DNA of 64,000 nt from Candidatus Aenigmatarchaeota archaeon (GCA_038999725.1 JAWBWS010000004.1:717-64716), one strand, 5' to 3'. Counted from the stretch's first letter, positions 28,084-39,083 are shown. Made by a program: numbers and translations. Notes: generated by a model not told the origin, from the sequence alone.

Positions 28084-29028
28084 ATGTTTGATGTCGTTTG
28101 TATTGGCCATGTTCTTTATGATACAAGGTCTTTTGTTGAAGAATTCCCGAAGCCTGACAAAATGACATTCGTCAAGGGCACAATCACCCATAGCATAGGC
28201 GGTTCTGCCACAAATGTTGCTTGTAATCTTTCCAAGCTTGGGATGAAAACTGCCCTGATTGGGAAAATAGGATATGATGATCATGGCCAATACTTGCTCA
28301 GTCAATTGAAATTCTATGGCGTTGAATCAAAATACATTAAAATAACAACTGAAAAACCTACAGGAGTTTCGATGATAGTTATAGATAAAAGTGGAGAGCC
28401 TCTCTTATTTGAGATGGTTGGTGCAAATGAACCCCTACACAAAAGTGATATATCAAAGGAGGCTATAGAAAATTCTTCTCATGTACACATGAGTGGTACA
28501 ACCCTGGAAGCTTTGGCTCACGCTGCTAAACTTGCAAAAAAATTGAATAAAACTGTTTCTTTTGACCCAGGGAGAAGCAAATCTCAAGAAGGATTCAAGA
28601 AGCTTTACAAGATTTTAAAAAATGTAGACATTTTGATAACAACCAAAGTTGAAGCAATAAGGATTGTTGGCAACCCAAGTTACGACTTTCAAAAAGCCGT
28701 AGAATTTTTGAGGGAGAAAATGAAAGGAAAGATGATTATAGTTAAGAGTGGGAAGGATAAGACCCTTGTCTATTTAGATAAGAAGGCTTTTTCAGTTTCT
28801 ACCATTCCAGTAAAAGTTGTGGACACCATAGGAGCTGGTGATGCTTTTACTGCTGGCTTCTTGCATAAGTTTTTGCAAAAAGAAAAAATTGAAGAGTGTG
28901 TAAAGTTTGCAAATGCTTGTGGTGCTTTGAAAGTTACAAAAGAGGGGGCTGTTGGCTTGCCTTTCAAGGATGAAGTTTATGCTTTTTATAAAAAGGTTGA
29001 GAAAAAAATTGAAGTAGAGGGAATTTGA
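28084..29028 (+). CDS. PfkB/ribokinase-family sugar kinase
   Basis: GGSATNVA, VDTIGAGDAFTAG. Confidence 0.92.
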   Translation: MFDVVCIGHVLYDTRSFVEEFPKPDKMTFVKGTITHSIGGSATNVACNLSKLGMKTALIGKIGYDDHGQYLLSQLKFYGVESKYIKITTEKPTGVSMIVIDKSGEPLLFEMVGANEPLHKSDISKEAIENSSHVHMSGTTLEALAHAAKLAKKLNKTVSFDPGRSKSQEGFKKLYKILKNVDILITTKVEAIRIVGNPSYDFQKAVEFLREKMKGKMIIVKSGKDKTLVYLDKKAFSVSTIPVKVVDTIGAGDAFTAGFLHKFLQKEKIEECVKFANACGALKVTKEGAVGLPFKDEVYAFYKKVEKKIEVEGI

Positions 29029-29871
29029 TTGAGTTTGGAGAAAATTTCTTCCAAAGGTTTTTTCCACATCGTCGCTTTAGATCACAGACAATCTCTCAAA
29101 AAAATGATAAACCCAAGAAATCCTGAGTCTGTATCAAGAAAAATTTTGGAACAAGTGAAGCTTAAACTCTCTAAAGCTTTTTCTCCCCAAGCTTCTGGAA
29201 TTTTGCTAGACCCTATATACGGGATGACAGCTATTAAAGCGATAAGAGATAAGTGTGGCTTGATAGTCTCTCTTGAAGAGTCTGGCTACAAAGAAACTAG
29301 GGAAGGAAGAACAACATCTTTAATCAAAAATTTTGGGCCAGAAAAAGTTAAGAGGATTGGTGGGGATGCCGCCAAGCTTTTGATATATTTCAACCCAAAG
29401 GCAAAAAAAGCCAAACAGCAAAAAAAGCTTGTAGAATATGTTGCTACAAGATGTAAAGAAATAGAATTACCATTTGTTTGTGAGTTTCTCATTTACCCAT
29501 ACAAGGAAAGGGACTTTGAAAGGGAGAGGAGCAAACTGATAATTCAATCTGTAAAAGAGATTTCAAGGCTTGGCATAGATTTACTTAAAACAGAATTTCC
29601 GGGCAAGCTTGATGAAAAAGCAGAAGTTAACTGTAAAAAACTTGCAAAAGCTAGCAAAGTCCCTTGGGTCTTGTTGAGCAAAGGAATAAGCTTTGAAGAA
29701 TTCAAGGAACAATTGAAATTTTCCATGAAATTTGGATGCTCAGGTTTTGCTGTTGGTAGAGCATTGTGGCAAGAGTATTTTCAAGTAAAAAATAAAGAAG
29801 AATTTTTGAGAGAAGTTTGTTTGAAGAGATTGAAAGAATTGAAAGAAATAGTAAGCGAAAAATTCATTTGA
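29029..29871 (+). CDS. LacD/tagatose-bisphosphate-like class I aldolase
   Basis: ALDHRQSL, ILLDPIYG, AAKLLIYF, DLLKTEFP, GFAVGRALW. Confidence 0.85.
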   Translation: MSLEKISSKGFFHIVALDHRQSLKKMINPRNPESVSRKILEQVKLKLSKAFSPQASGILLDPIYGMTAIKAIRDKCGLIVSLEESGYKETREGRTTSLIKNFGPEKVKRIGGDAAKLLIYFNPKAKKAKQQKKLVEYVATRCKEIELPFVCEFLIYPYKERDFERERSKLIIQSVKEISRLGIDLLKTEFPGKLDEKAEVNCKKLAKASKVPWVLLSKGISFEEFKEQLKFSMKFGCSGFAVGRALWQEYFQVKNKEEFLREVCLKRLKELKEIVSEKFI

Positions 29872-31111
29872 TTTTATCTTGAGAAAACAGGGAAGTGAAT
29901 ATCTTAGTCTTCAAATCGGCCACAATTCTCATGAAATTTGCAAAACTTTCCTCTGGGCTTGAGAAGCAGCTGAAATATTTGTGGACATCACCATCAGCCC
30001 ACATCTTGTTACACATGTAGTAATAATGATCGCTTGTTAGCAAGTACTTCCAAACCTTTTTCATCTCCCCATCGTTTACTTCCCTCAAAAGCTTTCCCAA
30101 ATTCTTTACTTCTTCAAAACAAGTTTGTTGCATCTTATTGCCTAGCCAAGCAGAAACATCCCTCTCCATGTCGGCCCAGGAGACTGTTGAAAACTCAAAA
30201 ACATCTATTTCACCTATGGGCTTAATTTTTTCCACAATTTCACTTGGTGTTGCAAACTCCAAATTCTCATATTTCAAAACTTCATAGGGCAAAGCTTTCA
30301 AGAACCAGAAAATTCCAGATTCTGCCCATTGATGCTCACCGAAAGTTTCAAAATCCATGAAAATATTTATGCATTCACCCGGAGTTGCATTAAGCCAGGC
30401 TGCAAATTTATCAGCGGTTAAAGGCCACTGGTCCCAATTCATTGCTGAAAATCTATAACCAATGTCGTCGCTAAGCCTATAATTCCTTAAGAGAATTCTT
30501 ATCCTTTTATCCCAATCTCTATCATCCGGAAAGCAAAACTTCCTCACATAAATGTAATTTGGTGATCTCCATCCAAGAATTCTTTCAGCACCTTCTGTGA
30601 AAATTGCCTTGAATCCCAAATCTTCAACTATTCTACCAATAACATTGTTATATATCATTTCAGTATTCACGAAGACCCTCGGCTTAACACCGAATAAATC
30701 TTTCATTGTTTGGGAGTGAAGATTTACCTCTTCCACAAATTCTTCTTTTGTATCAAAAAGGCTTGACAAAGAATGATGATAAGTTTCACCAATTATTTCA
30801 ACCTTCTTTGTTTTCACAAGTTGTTTGAAATTCTCGAGAACATCTTTGCCATATTTTTCACAAAGTTCGAGAAAAACCCCACTGATTGCAAAATTCACCT
30901 TGAACTGCTTCTTTTCATGCTTAAACTTATCTATCAGCTCAAGCAAGATGTTTGTTGTTGGTAGATAGCACCTATCTCTGACTTTTTCAAAGATCATTTT
31001 ATTCAAGCCTGAATTGAAATAGCTATTCATATCTTTAGAAATTCCATCTGTTTGAAAATTGGCCAATCTTATGGGCTGATGTACTTGGAAGCTTAAGGTA
31101 ATCAGAACCAT
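29864..31111 (-). CDS. GH57 alpha-amylase-like glycoside hydrolase
   Basis: FQVHQP, ETYHHSL, NTEMIY, MDFETFGEH, TSDHYYYM. Confidence 0.93.
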   Translation of the reverse strand: MVLITLSFQVHQPIRLANFQTDGISKDMNSYFNSGLNKMIFEKVRDRCYLPTTNILLELIDKFKHEKKQFKVNFAISGVFLELCEKYGKDVLENFKQLVKTKKVEIIGETYHHSLSSLFDTKEEFVEEVNLHSQTMKDLFGVKPRVFVNTEMIYNNVIGRIVEDLGFKAIFTEGAERILGWRSPNYIYVRKFCFPDDRDWDKRIRILLRNYRLSDDIGYRFSAMNWDQWPLTADKFAAWLNATPGECINIFMDFETFGEHQWAESGIFWFLKALPYEVLKYENLEFATPSEIVEKIKPIGEIDVFEFSTVSWADMERDVSAWLGNKMQQTCFEEVKNLGKLLREVNDGEMKKVWKYLLTSDHYYYMCNKMWADGDVHKYFSCFSSPEESFANFMRIVADLKTKIFTSLFSQDKIK

Positions 31112-31159
31112 AGTTATAATTATTTCTTATACCCCTTATAAATTTAACATTAGGGCAAC

Positions 31160-33130
31160 ATGAAAATTGAGGAAGTTAAGAACAAATGCTATTTGCTTTC
31201 CGGCAAAAAGGCTTTCTTCCACAGGTTTTGTGACTCAGGCTTTAAAACAAAATGGACAGGTTTTTGGTCTGAGTCAAGGAAATTTTTTGATTATTTTGCC
31301 TTTAGGGTGAATGAAAGTTGGTTGTCTCCAGAGAATTGTGTCGAGGTTGTTTTTGATGACTCAAGTTTCACACACATCTATTCTCTAGATGGAATAAAAG
31401 TAGTGGAAAAGCTATTTGTGCCGGAAGAAAGGAGGGCATTAGTTTGCAATCTGAGGATTGAAAGCAAAGAAATAAGGAGACTGAAAGTTTTCATGGAAGT
31501 TGGTGTAAACATAAGAGATAGGGAAGAAAATTGGCATGATAGAAAATATGTCGTGAAGAGGGAAGCTAACATGCTTATGGTGAATTCAGAGAAAGGTTGC
31601 CTTGCCATTGGATTTTCCAAACCTTTCGAAATTTCAGGAAAAGAAATTTACAAAGATCATTTCCCAGGTGAACTTGAAAGATGTTTCATTCCAGGTGCAA
31701 TTTCATTTGAAATTGAATGTGGAGATTCAAAAGAAGAGATCTCGATAATTTTTTCTTCTGGGAAAAACGAGACTGAAGCTATGGTTAATTTAGTTTCAAC
31801 TAAAAATTCTTTAGGCGAGGTTGAAATAGAAGAGTCAAAACCTTTCTTGGCTCTGGAATTTAAAACTGGTATTAAAGAACTAGACGATCTTTTCAGAAAG
31901 AGTGTTATTGGTTTAGAAAAACTTAAGGTGGAAGCCGAAGCCGGTTTTGGCTACATCGCAGGCTATCCCTGGTTCACACAATTTTGGGGGAGAGATTTGG
32001 GTTGGATGATCCCAGCTATTGTGGATTATGGGAATTTTGAAGATGCTAAAAAAGCTTTGATGACTTTGATGAAATTTCAGTCAAGGGAGGGGGAAATCCC
32101 AAACTTCATTTATTTGGATGGAAAACCTATTTATGGTTCAATAGATGCTACCCCACTTTGGATTATTGCCCTAAATCACTACATCCAAAACTCTGGAGAT
32201 TTGGAATTTTTGAAAGAAAGTAAGAAAAACATCATTAGAGCTTTTGGTTGGTGCATTAGCAAGAGTGATGACAAGCTAATGGAAGCTGAAAAAAGAGCAA
32301 CATGGATGGATAGTTTGGATAGAGATGGTAAACCGATTGAAGTTCAAGCAATTTGGTACGAATGTTTGCTTTCTCTCAAAAAACTTTCTGAGATTTTGGG
32401 AGAAAATTTGGTAGATTTTTCTTATGTGAAAGAGGTGGAGAGAAAAATAGAAGAAGATTTTTGGAATCCCTCCTCAAATTTTTACTTTGATAGGATTAAG
32501 TGGAAGTTTAAAGATGAAAAGAAAACCATAAACTCAATTTTCCCCCTTCTTTTTAAAATTTCAAAAAATCCGGTAGAAATTTTAAGAAGAATCGAGAGTG
32601 AAGAATTCACCTCGCCTTTTGGTGTGAGGAGCGTCTCGAAGAATGATCCAACATTCAATCCAATTGGTTATCATACCGGAAGCGTTTGGAGTTGGATAAC
32701 GGGTTTAGTGGCTTGTGTGGAATTTGGAGAAGATAGGGCAGAAAAAGGTCTTGAATACTTGAAGATATTATGGAAAATGTTTGACAGGAACTGTCTGGGA
32801 TCTTTAGATGAAGCTTGGAATTCGGAAAATGGTGATGCTGTGTTGCTGAAAGAAATTGGGTATGAACCTTCAGGCTTCTTCCAAGGTTGGGGGTTTGCCT
32901 CTGTGGTAAGGTGTTTAGATGAATTTATGCTTGGTCTTAAAGTTGATGCTCTCAACAAAACAATATTTGCTTCTCCTTCTCTAATAGATGGGATGAAAGT
33001 TTTGAGGGAAAAAAGGATTGGAAATGATATCGTCAAGATTTCAATGGAAAGAATAGGAGATGAATTAAAAGTGGTTCTTAAAAGTGGGAGAAAAAAAGGA
33101 TACAGGCTCATTAAAGTACCAAAGGCTTAA
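31160..33130 (+). CDS. Amylo-alpha-1,6-glucosidase (glycogen debranching enzyme)
   Basis: AGYPWFTQFWGRD, SIDATPLW, TWMD, YHTGSVW. Confidence 0.9.
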   Translation: MKIEEVKNKCYLLSGKKAFFHRFCDSGFKTKWTGFWSESRKFFDYFAFRVNESWLSPENCVEVVFDDSSFTHIYSLDGIKVVEKLFVPEERRALVCNLRIESKEIRRLKVFMEVGVNIRDREENWHDRKYVVKREANMLMVNSEKGCLAIGFSKPFEISGKEIYKDHFPGELERCFIPGAISFEIECGDSKEEISIIFSSGKNETEAMVNLVSTKNSLGEVEIEESKPFLALEFKTGIKELDDLFRKSVIGLEKLKVEAEAGFGYIAGYPWFTQFWGRDLGWMIPAIVDYGNFEDAKKALMTLMKFQSREGEIPNFIYLDGKPIYGSIDATPLWIIALNHYIQNSGDLEFLKESKKNIIRAFGWCISKSDDKLMEAEKRATWMDSLDRDGKPIEVQAIWYECLLSLKKLSEILGENLVDFSYVKEVERKIEEDFWNPSSNFYFDRIKWKFKDEKKTINSIFPLLFKISKNPVEILRRIESEEFTSPFGVRSVSKNDPTFNPIGYHTGSVWSWITGLVACVEFGEDRAEKGLEYLKILWKMFDRNCLGSLDEAWNSENGDAVLLKEIGYEPSGFFQGWGFASVVRCLDEFMLGLKVDALNKTIFASPSLIDGMKVLREKRIGNDIVKISMERIGDELKVVLKSGRKKGYRLIKVPKA

Positions 33131-33885
33131 TCAAACTCGTGGAAAATTTCGTCAAAAACTTCAGACTCTTTCCACGAGCTCAATATTTCTTTCAATTTTT
33201 CAGGTTCTTTTTTAGCAAGTTTTAAAACATCAAACTTTTTGATGTTTTTTATGAAAACAAGACCCACCTCTGGATATTTCTTGTTTTCTCTAAATTCTAG
33301 ATTTTTATTTTTATCGTAAAAAATGTGGAAGGGAAACCCTTTATTCTTCACCACGCTATAATCATGGCCAGCTATTTCATGAACAAAATTCAAGACCACA
33401 CAATCTTTTTTTCCTGAAATGAGCCTGTGTATGAAAAATGGGGGAATGAAAAAAGAATAACCTTCCTTAATTTCAATTAAGTAGCTGTTGAAGGTTTTTC
33501 TGTGGGAAAGAAGAAGATAGCAACCATTCTTCAGAGCCACATAAACTTCACCTAAATTCTCTTTATGGATATGACCATAAGTACAGAAGGCTTCACCTTC
33601 CTTTTTTAAAGAAAAAATTCCTTGCCTAAGTAGAGTTATGTCAACCATGACTCCAAAATTTTCGAGAAAATCTCTTGCAACATCTTGAAATTTCCATAAA
33701 TTGTAAACTTCATAAATTGTTAAATCTCCTTTTCTTTCCAAAAGTTCTTTTGCACTTTCCAAATCAAGTATAACCCTATCTTTCAAAAGTTCGGAAAGGT
33801 ATCTTTTCCGACACTCAACTTTCTTCCCGAAGTTCAAGCTCAATTTTTTTCCTTGTTTTTTTATTGAAAATCCAAAATCCATCAA
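33127..33885 (-). CDS. Cupin-type glucose-6-phosphate isomerase-like protein
   Basis: TYGHIH, EVY, IPPFFIHR, GHDY. Confidence 0.8.
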   Translation of the reverse strand: MMDFGFSIKKQGKKLSLNFGKKVECRKRYLSELLKDRVILDLESAKELLERKGDLTIYEVYNLWKFQDVARDFLENFGVMVDITLLRQGIFSLKKEGEAFCTYGHIHKENLGEVYVALKNGCYLLLSHRKTFNSYLIEIKEGYSFFIPPFFIHRLISGKKDCVVLNFVHEIAGHDYSVVKNKGFPFHIFYDKNKNLEFRENKKYPEVGLVFIKNIKKFDVLKLAKKEPEKLKEILSSWKESEVFDEIFHEFD

Positions 33886-33913
33886 AATAAATTTACCTTC
33901 TCAAATTAAAATT

Positions 33914-35146
33914 ATGGATGTTTGCTATATTCCTTGGCTTCATATGCATCAACCCCTCGTTTGGTTGAACAGCAAGATAGTCTCAAATTTGGAAAAAATG
34001 CTGAATTCAAAAAATGATAGGGAAAGTTGGGATGGTAAGTTGATTTTGAGAGCTTACAAGAATCCCGCCAAGTATGTGACAATGCTTGCCGAGGAAGGTT
34101 TTAAACCTAAAATAATGCTAGATTTTTCAGGAGTTCTTTTAGAGTCTCTTTTGGATTTGGATGAGAGGAAAATTTCTTCAGAAATTGAGGTTCATGGAGA
34201 GAAAATAGGCCCAATTTTAACCGCTTACAAAAAAGTTTTGAGGAAATTTCCAGAAAGCTTGGAATTTGTGGGCACAGCTTATTCCCACTGCTACTTCCCA
34301 GCAACTCCGGAAGAAGATTGGAAATTGCAAATAGAGAAATGGAGAGAAATTTTCAAAAAAATTTTCGGTTCAAGTGAATTGAAAAGGGTCGAAGGGTTTT
34401 GGCTCCCTGAGATGGGTGTACCAGGAAGAGAAGAAGTTTTAAGCAAGCTGATAAAATGTATGAGAGAATATTACGAGTGGATGATATTGCCTGTGCAGAG
34501 CATTCAAGGATATGAGAACTTGAGTTATGAAAAAATTGTGGAAATTTTTTGCAAACCTCATTTGTTGCAAGCTGGGAATGAGGAGATTGTAGTAGTATTT
34601 AGGGTACCTACTTACTTCATCGACCAACAAGCCGGATGTTCGCCAGATTTTTTGTACTCAAAGTGTTTAGAAGCTGAAAGGATATTTTCTAGGCTTAGCG
34701 GTAAGCCCGCATTACTTATTACTGCAAGTGATGGTGAGAATGGAAATGTGATGATGAATGAATTTTTCCCCCAAACCTTTGTTCCATTTTTTAGAGAGAA
34801 AATTGGAAAAAATGTTTTTTCCCTAACTGTGAGTGAATTTTTGGAAAAATTTTATGAAGAGGGAATAAAGGAGAAGATAAAGCTAAAAGATGTAGGTGCT
34901 TCGTGGGTAAATGGCCATGAAGCATGGATTGGAGGTGGGAGAAGAATTGAAGCGATTAAAAGAATATTTCAATTAAGCAAAAAATTTCATGAACTTAAAC
35001 CAGAACAAAAATCAAAGGTGGAAAAGTTGCTTTTGATTGCAGAGACAAGTTGCTATGTCTATTGGGGGATTGATTATTGGTTTGAACAAGGAAGAAAGTT
35101 TGCCTCTTATGCTGAAAGCATGATTAAAAGGTTAAAACCTGTCTAA
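33914..35146 (+). CDS. Second GH57-family glycoside hydrolase
   Basis: HMHQP, GFWLPEMG, SDGENG, AETSCYVYWG. Confidence 0.85.
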   Translation: MDVCYIPWLHMHQPLVWLNSKIVSNLEKMLNSKNDRESWDGKLILRAYKNPAKYVTMLAEEGFKPKIMLDFSGVLLESLLDLDERKISSEIEVHGEKIGPILTAYKKVLRKFPESLEFVGTAYSHCYFPATPEEDWKLQIEKWREIFKKIFGSSELKRVEGFWLPEMGVPGREEVLSKLIKCMREYYEWMILPVQSIQGYENLSYEKIVEIFCKPHLLQAGNEEIVVVFRVPTYFIDQQAGCSPDFLYSKCLEAERIFSRLSGKPALLITASDGENGNVMMNEFFPQTFVPFFREKIGKNVFSLTVSEFLEKFYEEGIKEKIKLKDVGASWVNGHEAWIGGGRRIEAIKRIFQLSKKFHELKPEQKSKVEKLLLIAETSCYVYWGIDYWFEQGRKFASYAESMIKRLKPV

Positions 35147-35228
35147 ATTTATGTAGAAAAATTTTTTCTAAAGAATGATAAATTTATAAACAAGCGCCAC
35201 AAACAATTTAATAAGTGTTGGTGTAGTT

Positions 35229-36401
35229 ATGAGGATAGGCTTCTTTTGTTGGGAATCTCTCCACTCGATACCAGTAGGTGGGATGGGTGTTGCTGTAACC
35301 GAGCTTGCTGCTGCTCTTGAAAGAAAAGGAAATGAAGTTCATGTTTTCACAAGAATAGGACAAAATCAAAAGGTTTATGAAGTTGTCGATGGAGTACATT
35401 ATCACAGATGTCCATTTAACTTTTCTCCAAATTTTTTTTATGAGATGACAAATAACATGTGCAAGTCCATGGCTTACCATTTCTTTGAAACAGAAAATGT
35501 CTCTGGGGCCTTTGATATAATTCATGGACACGACTGGCATGTTGTGAATGCTCTGGATGAAATAAAAAAAGCAAGAAACAAAAGGGTTGTTTTCACTCTC
35601 CACTCAACCCAATTTGGGAGGGATGGAAATCATTTTCACGATGGTGTGGCAAAGGATATAACAAATCTTGAATGGTATGGAGCTTACATAGCTGAAAGAG
35701 TTGTAGTCTGTTCAAATACGATGAAGGAAGAAGTGCAAAGAATTTACAGAGTGCCTGAAGATAAAATTAGAATTGTACCAAATGGAGTATGGGCAAGAAA
35801 TTTTGATGGTTTTGTTGATGCATGGAAAGACGTGAAATCACATCTTGGAATTGGTGTTTATGATCCAATGATAACTTTTGTTGGAAGGATGACTATTCAG
35901 AAGGGTCCAGACTTGCTCGTTGAAGCCATTCCAGATGTTTTGAAAGATTTTCCAAATGTTAAGTTTGTTTTTGTTGGTGATGGTTACATGAAACCTCAAT
36001 TAGAAAGGAGGGTAAAAGAACTTGGCGTACAGCATGCTGTGAGATTTACAGGTTATGTTCCAGATGAATGGAAAACTAAAATAATGAAGGCCTCTGAGTG
36101 TATAGTTGTGCCAAGCAGGAATGAACCTTTTGGAATAGTTGTTCTGGAAGCTTGGTCATGCTACAAACCAGTGTTAGCCACCCATGGCACAGGATCTGGA
36201 GAACTTGTTTGGCATGATGTCACAGGTTACAGAGTTTACCAAGCTCCAAACTCTATAGCCTGGGGAATAAAAGAAATTTTGAGAAATCCTGAGCATGCGA
36301 GATGGATGGGAAAGAATGGAAGGTATGCTGCTGAAAACACCTTCACTTGGGACAAAGCTGCTGAAAAGCTTTTGTCTATTTATCAAGAAATAGTGAGGTG
36401 A
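35229..36401 (+). CDS. GT4 glycosyltransferase
   Basis: VGGMG, HGHDW, GRMTIQKG, EPFGIVVLEA. Confidence 0.93.
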   Translation: MRIGFFCWESLHSIPVGGMGVAVTELAAALERKGNEVHVFTRIGQNQKVYEVVDGVHYHRCPFNFSPNFFYEMTNNMCKSMAYHFFETENVSGAFDIIHGHDWHVVNALDEIKKARNKRVVFTLHSTQFGRDGNHFHDGVAKDITNLEWYGAYIAERVVVCSNTMKEEVQRIYRVPEDKIRIVPNGVWARNFDGFVDAWKDVKSHLGIGVYDPMITFVGRMTIQKGPDLLVEAIPDVLKDFPNVKFVFVGDGYMKPQLERRVKELGVQHAVRFTGYVPDEWKTKIMKASECIVVPSRNEPFGIVVLEAWSCYKPVLATHGTGSGELVWHDVTGYRVYQAPNSIAWGIKEILRNPEHARWMGKNGRYAAENTFTWDKAAEKLLSIYQEIVR

Positions 36402-36405
36402 GAAG

Positions 36406-36627
36406 ATGAAGTGTTGGTTTTGTGAAAAGGAGGCTCGGGGCGTTTGCATAGTTTGCGGGAGAGCAGTTTGTCATGAGCATGCAGACAAACTCGATCAATT
36501 CACCCATGCAAAATCAGATACTTGCAGCGGTTTCGCAAGTTATGAAAAGGGATTTAATGTGTTGAAATGTAGAGAATGTAAGCTTGAGTGGGAGAGCTGG
36601 GAGCAGGGGAAGAGAGTAATCAGGTGA
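36406..36627 (+). CDS. Small Cys/His-rich zinc-binding protein
   Basis: CWFC, CIVC, CHEH, CREC; GAGGTGA SD-like sequence upstream. Confidence 0.75.
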   Translation: MKCWFCEKEARGVCIVCGRAVCHEHADKLDQFTHAKSDTCSGFASYEKGFNVLKCRECKLEWESWEQGKRVIR

Positions 36628-37543
36628 TCTTGAGTAGTTTTTCAATTTCTTCCTTTTTTACAAATCTCTCTCTTCCAATTCTTGTTGTGTATAGAGCTCC
36701 ACACGCGTTTGCAAATTCAGCACACTTTTTCAGACTTAGATTTAGCAAAAAAGCTTTGATGAAGCCTGCATCAAAAGCGTCTCCCGCTCCCGTTGTTTGG
36801 ATAGGATCAACTTTAAACCCTTTCACATGAATTACCTCCCCACCTTCTCCAACATAGCTTCCATTTTCCCCATGTTTGAGGGCAACAATCTTTGGCCCAA
36901 ATTCAAGGAGCCTCTCAACAATCCTTTCTGGATCTTCAATCTTTGTTATAGCCTTACCCTCTTCATAATCGGGAAAGAAAAAATCTGTTGTTTTCAAGAT
37001 TTTAAGCAAGTCCCTTAGTCTTTTGTTTGTCCAACCTTTTGGATCCCAGTTTGGGTCTAAGCTAGTTTTCATTCCCTTCCTTCTAGCATAATTGAAAATC
37101 TCATAAACATCTTTTCTCAAACTATCGAGCAGATTAAAACCACCCACATGTAAAATTTTACCTTCTATCTCTTTCAAAGAAAAATCTTTTTTGGATAAAT
37201 TGGAATTGCTTCCTCTGAAGGATACCATAGCCCTTTTCATGTCTTCAAAAGTTAGAGAAATTGTTATTCCTGCTGTTTCTCCTTTAACTCTCCTTATTTT
37301 GGTCTTTACCCCAGCTTTTTGAATTTCTTCTATTAAAAAATCAGAAATGAAATCAAAGCCTAAGCGCCCTATGAATTTTGTTTTAAGACCGAGAGAAGAA
37401 CAGAAAGAAGCAAATATTGCAGAAGATCCACCAAGCTGAACTATAAATTTCGGCAAAATTGTTTGCCTATCTTTTTCAGGATAGTTTTTCAATGGCGAAG
37501 AAATTAAGTCAAGATTTATGTCACCTACCACACTTACATCCAT
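36620..37543 (-). CDS. PfkB-family carbohydrate kinase
   Basis: GGSSAIFA, SLDPN, QTTGAGDAFDAG. Confidence 0.9.
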   Translation of the reverse strand: MDVSVVGDINLDLISSPLKNYPEKDRQTILPKFIVQLGGSSAIFASFCSSLGLKTKFIGRLGFDFISDFLIEEIQKAGVKTKIRRVKGETAGITISLTFEDMKRAMVSFRGSNSNLSKKDFSLKEIEGKILHVGGFNLLDSLRKDVYEIFNYARRKGMKTSLDPNWDPKGWTNKRLRDLLKILKTTDFFFPDYEEGKAITKIEDPERIVERLLEFGPKIVALKHGENGSYVGEGGEVIHVKGFKVDPIQTTGAGDAFDAGFIKAFLLNLSLKKCAEFANACGALYTTRIGRERFVKKEEIEKLLKIT

Positions 37544-37579
37544 ATAATTTAATAGGGAATCAAAACTAAATTTAGTTTT

Positions 37580-39082
37580 ATGAATGAAGTTTTAAAGCCG
37601 AATGTTTTAATGGTTTCAGCTGAGCTTAAAAGTTTTAAATCAAGAGCTGGCGGTCTTGGTCCTGCTGTTGAAGAGCTTGCCTATTCTTTGGCAAAGCTAG
37701 GTTGCAAGGTTAGTGTGGTTAGCTTGCTATACAAGTACGGAAGAGACGAGAAAGATGAAATTAAAGAAATAGATTACAGTGATATAAAGCTTGAAGATTT
37801 TGCAGTTGTAAGCTTCTGGATTGCAAATGAAAAAGTAAGTGCCCAAATTAAAAAAGTTGAAAAAAATGGTGTAACATTTTATTTTTTAGAAAATGAAAAA
37901 TTTGCAAATCTTTTGTACGAAGGTGATGGTCTTCAAAGAGCAATTTTTTTGGCTAGAGGAACTTTAGAGTTGGCTAAGCTTTTGGACAAAGTTGATATAA
38001 TCCACTTGAATGATGCTCACACAGGCTTGATACCACTTTTCTTTAAAGCAGAATACAAATACCATAGCGATACAAAACTCAAAAACTTAAAATTTGCTTA
38101 CACTATTCACAATGCAGGAAAAGCTTACCAACAGATATTTGAAGGAGAAAGATTTTGGGAGCTTAGCATAGGAGAAGAATGGAGAGAAAAGGTTATATGG
38201 GAAGGTAAAATCAATCTAACTTATACTGCCACAATTCTTTCTGATATTTGTAACACAGTTAGCCCAGATTACGCGAAAACCTTAGAGGAAAATGGTGAAG
38301 GCTTGAGAGAAATTTTCAGGATAAAAAAAATTTTTGGAATTACCAATGGTATAGATATTGATTATTGGAGAATGCCTGAACTTAAAAGTGTGAAATCTGT
38401 AAAGGATTTGAAAGAAAAAAAGAAGATGGCAAAGATCGAGCTCTTGAAAGAAATAGAAAAGATAAAGGGGGACAAGCTTTCCGAAGAAAGGCTAACGATA
38501 GTAATTCCTAGGAGATTTGCAGATCAAAAGGGTTTTGAAATCTTCTTACCTCACTCTGGAATAATAGTGAAGAGTAGGGAAGAAGGTGGTTTGGGTGCAC
38601 AAATCATCATCCTTGGAAGAGCCGCCCTTGGAGATCCTGTTGGAAGGAAGTGGATAGAAATGTGTAAAAGGCTTGATGAAGAATTGGGGAACTACTTTGT
38701 TTTCATTCAAGGGTTTAATGAAGAACTTGCAAAGAAAATGTATTGGGGAGGAGATTTGCTCCTCTATCCTTCTCTACCAGGAAAAGAACCCTGTGGTACA
38801 GGCTACATGATGGCTGCAGTTAATGGTACTGTAACCTTGGGAACAGATACAGGAGGGATGAGTGATAAAATAATCGACTTCAAGAATGGATTTAAAATCA
38901 AAAAAGAGGAATATGGGTGGGAGGCCTTTTTAGAAAAATTAAAAATCATCTCAAACCTTTTCTATGAGGAAAGAGAGAAGTGGGATGAAATAATGTGGAA
39001 TGCCTTCAAAATGAAAGTTGACATGGATGAAACAGCAAAAGAATACCTAACAAAATTATACTTTCCAATCCTAAAAAAATAA
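37580..39082 (+). CDS. glgA: Glycogen/starch synthase (GT5)
   Basis: RAGGLG, HLNDAH, TIHN, TVSPDYA, NGID, QKG, EPCG. Confidence 0.88.
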   Translation: MNEVLKPNVLMVSAELKSFKSRAGGLGPAVEELAYSLAKLGCKVSVVSLLYKYGRDEKDEIKEIDYSDIKLEDFAVVSFWIANEKVSAQIKKVEKNGVTFYFLENEKFANLLYEGDGLQRAIFLARGTLELAKLLDKVDIIHLNDAHTGLIPLFFKAEYKYHSDTKLKNLKFAYTIHNAGKAYQQIFEGERFWELSIGEEWREKVIWEGKINLTYTATILSDICNTVSPDYAKTLEENGEGLREIFRIKKIFGITNGIDIDYWRMPELKSVKSVKDLKEKKKMAKIELLKEIEKIKGDKLSEERLTIVIPRRFADQKGFEIFLPHSGIIVKSREEGGLGAQIIILGRAALGDPVGRKWIEMCKRLDEELGNYFVFIQGFNEELAKKMYWGGDLLLYPSLPGKEPCGTGYMMAAVNGTVTLGTDTGGMSDKIIDFKNGFKIKKEEYGWEAFLEKLKIISNLFYEEREKWDEIMWNAFKMKVDMDETAKEYLTKLYFPILKK

Positions 39083-39083
39083 T

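Noticed and set aside
24498..29871. Sulfoglycolysis (sulfo-EMP) operon from PfkB + LacD-like aldolase + reductase
   Set aside because: No sulfoquinovosidase or YihS-like isomerase visible; the context is glycogen and core glycolysis.
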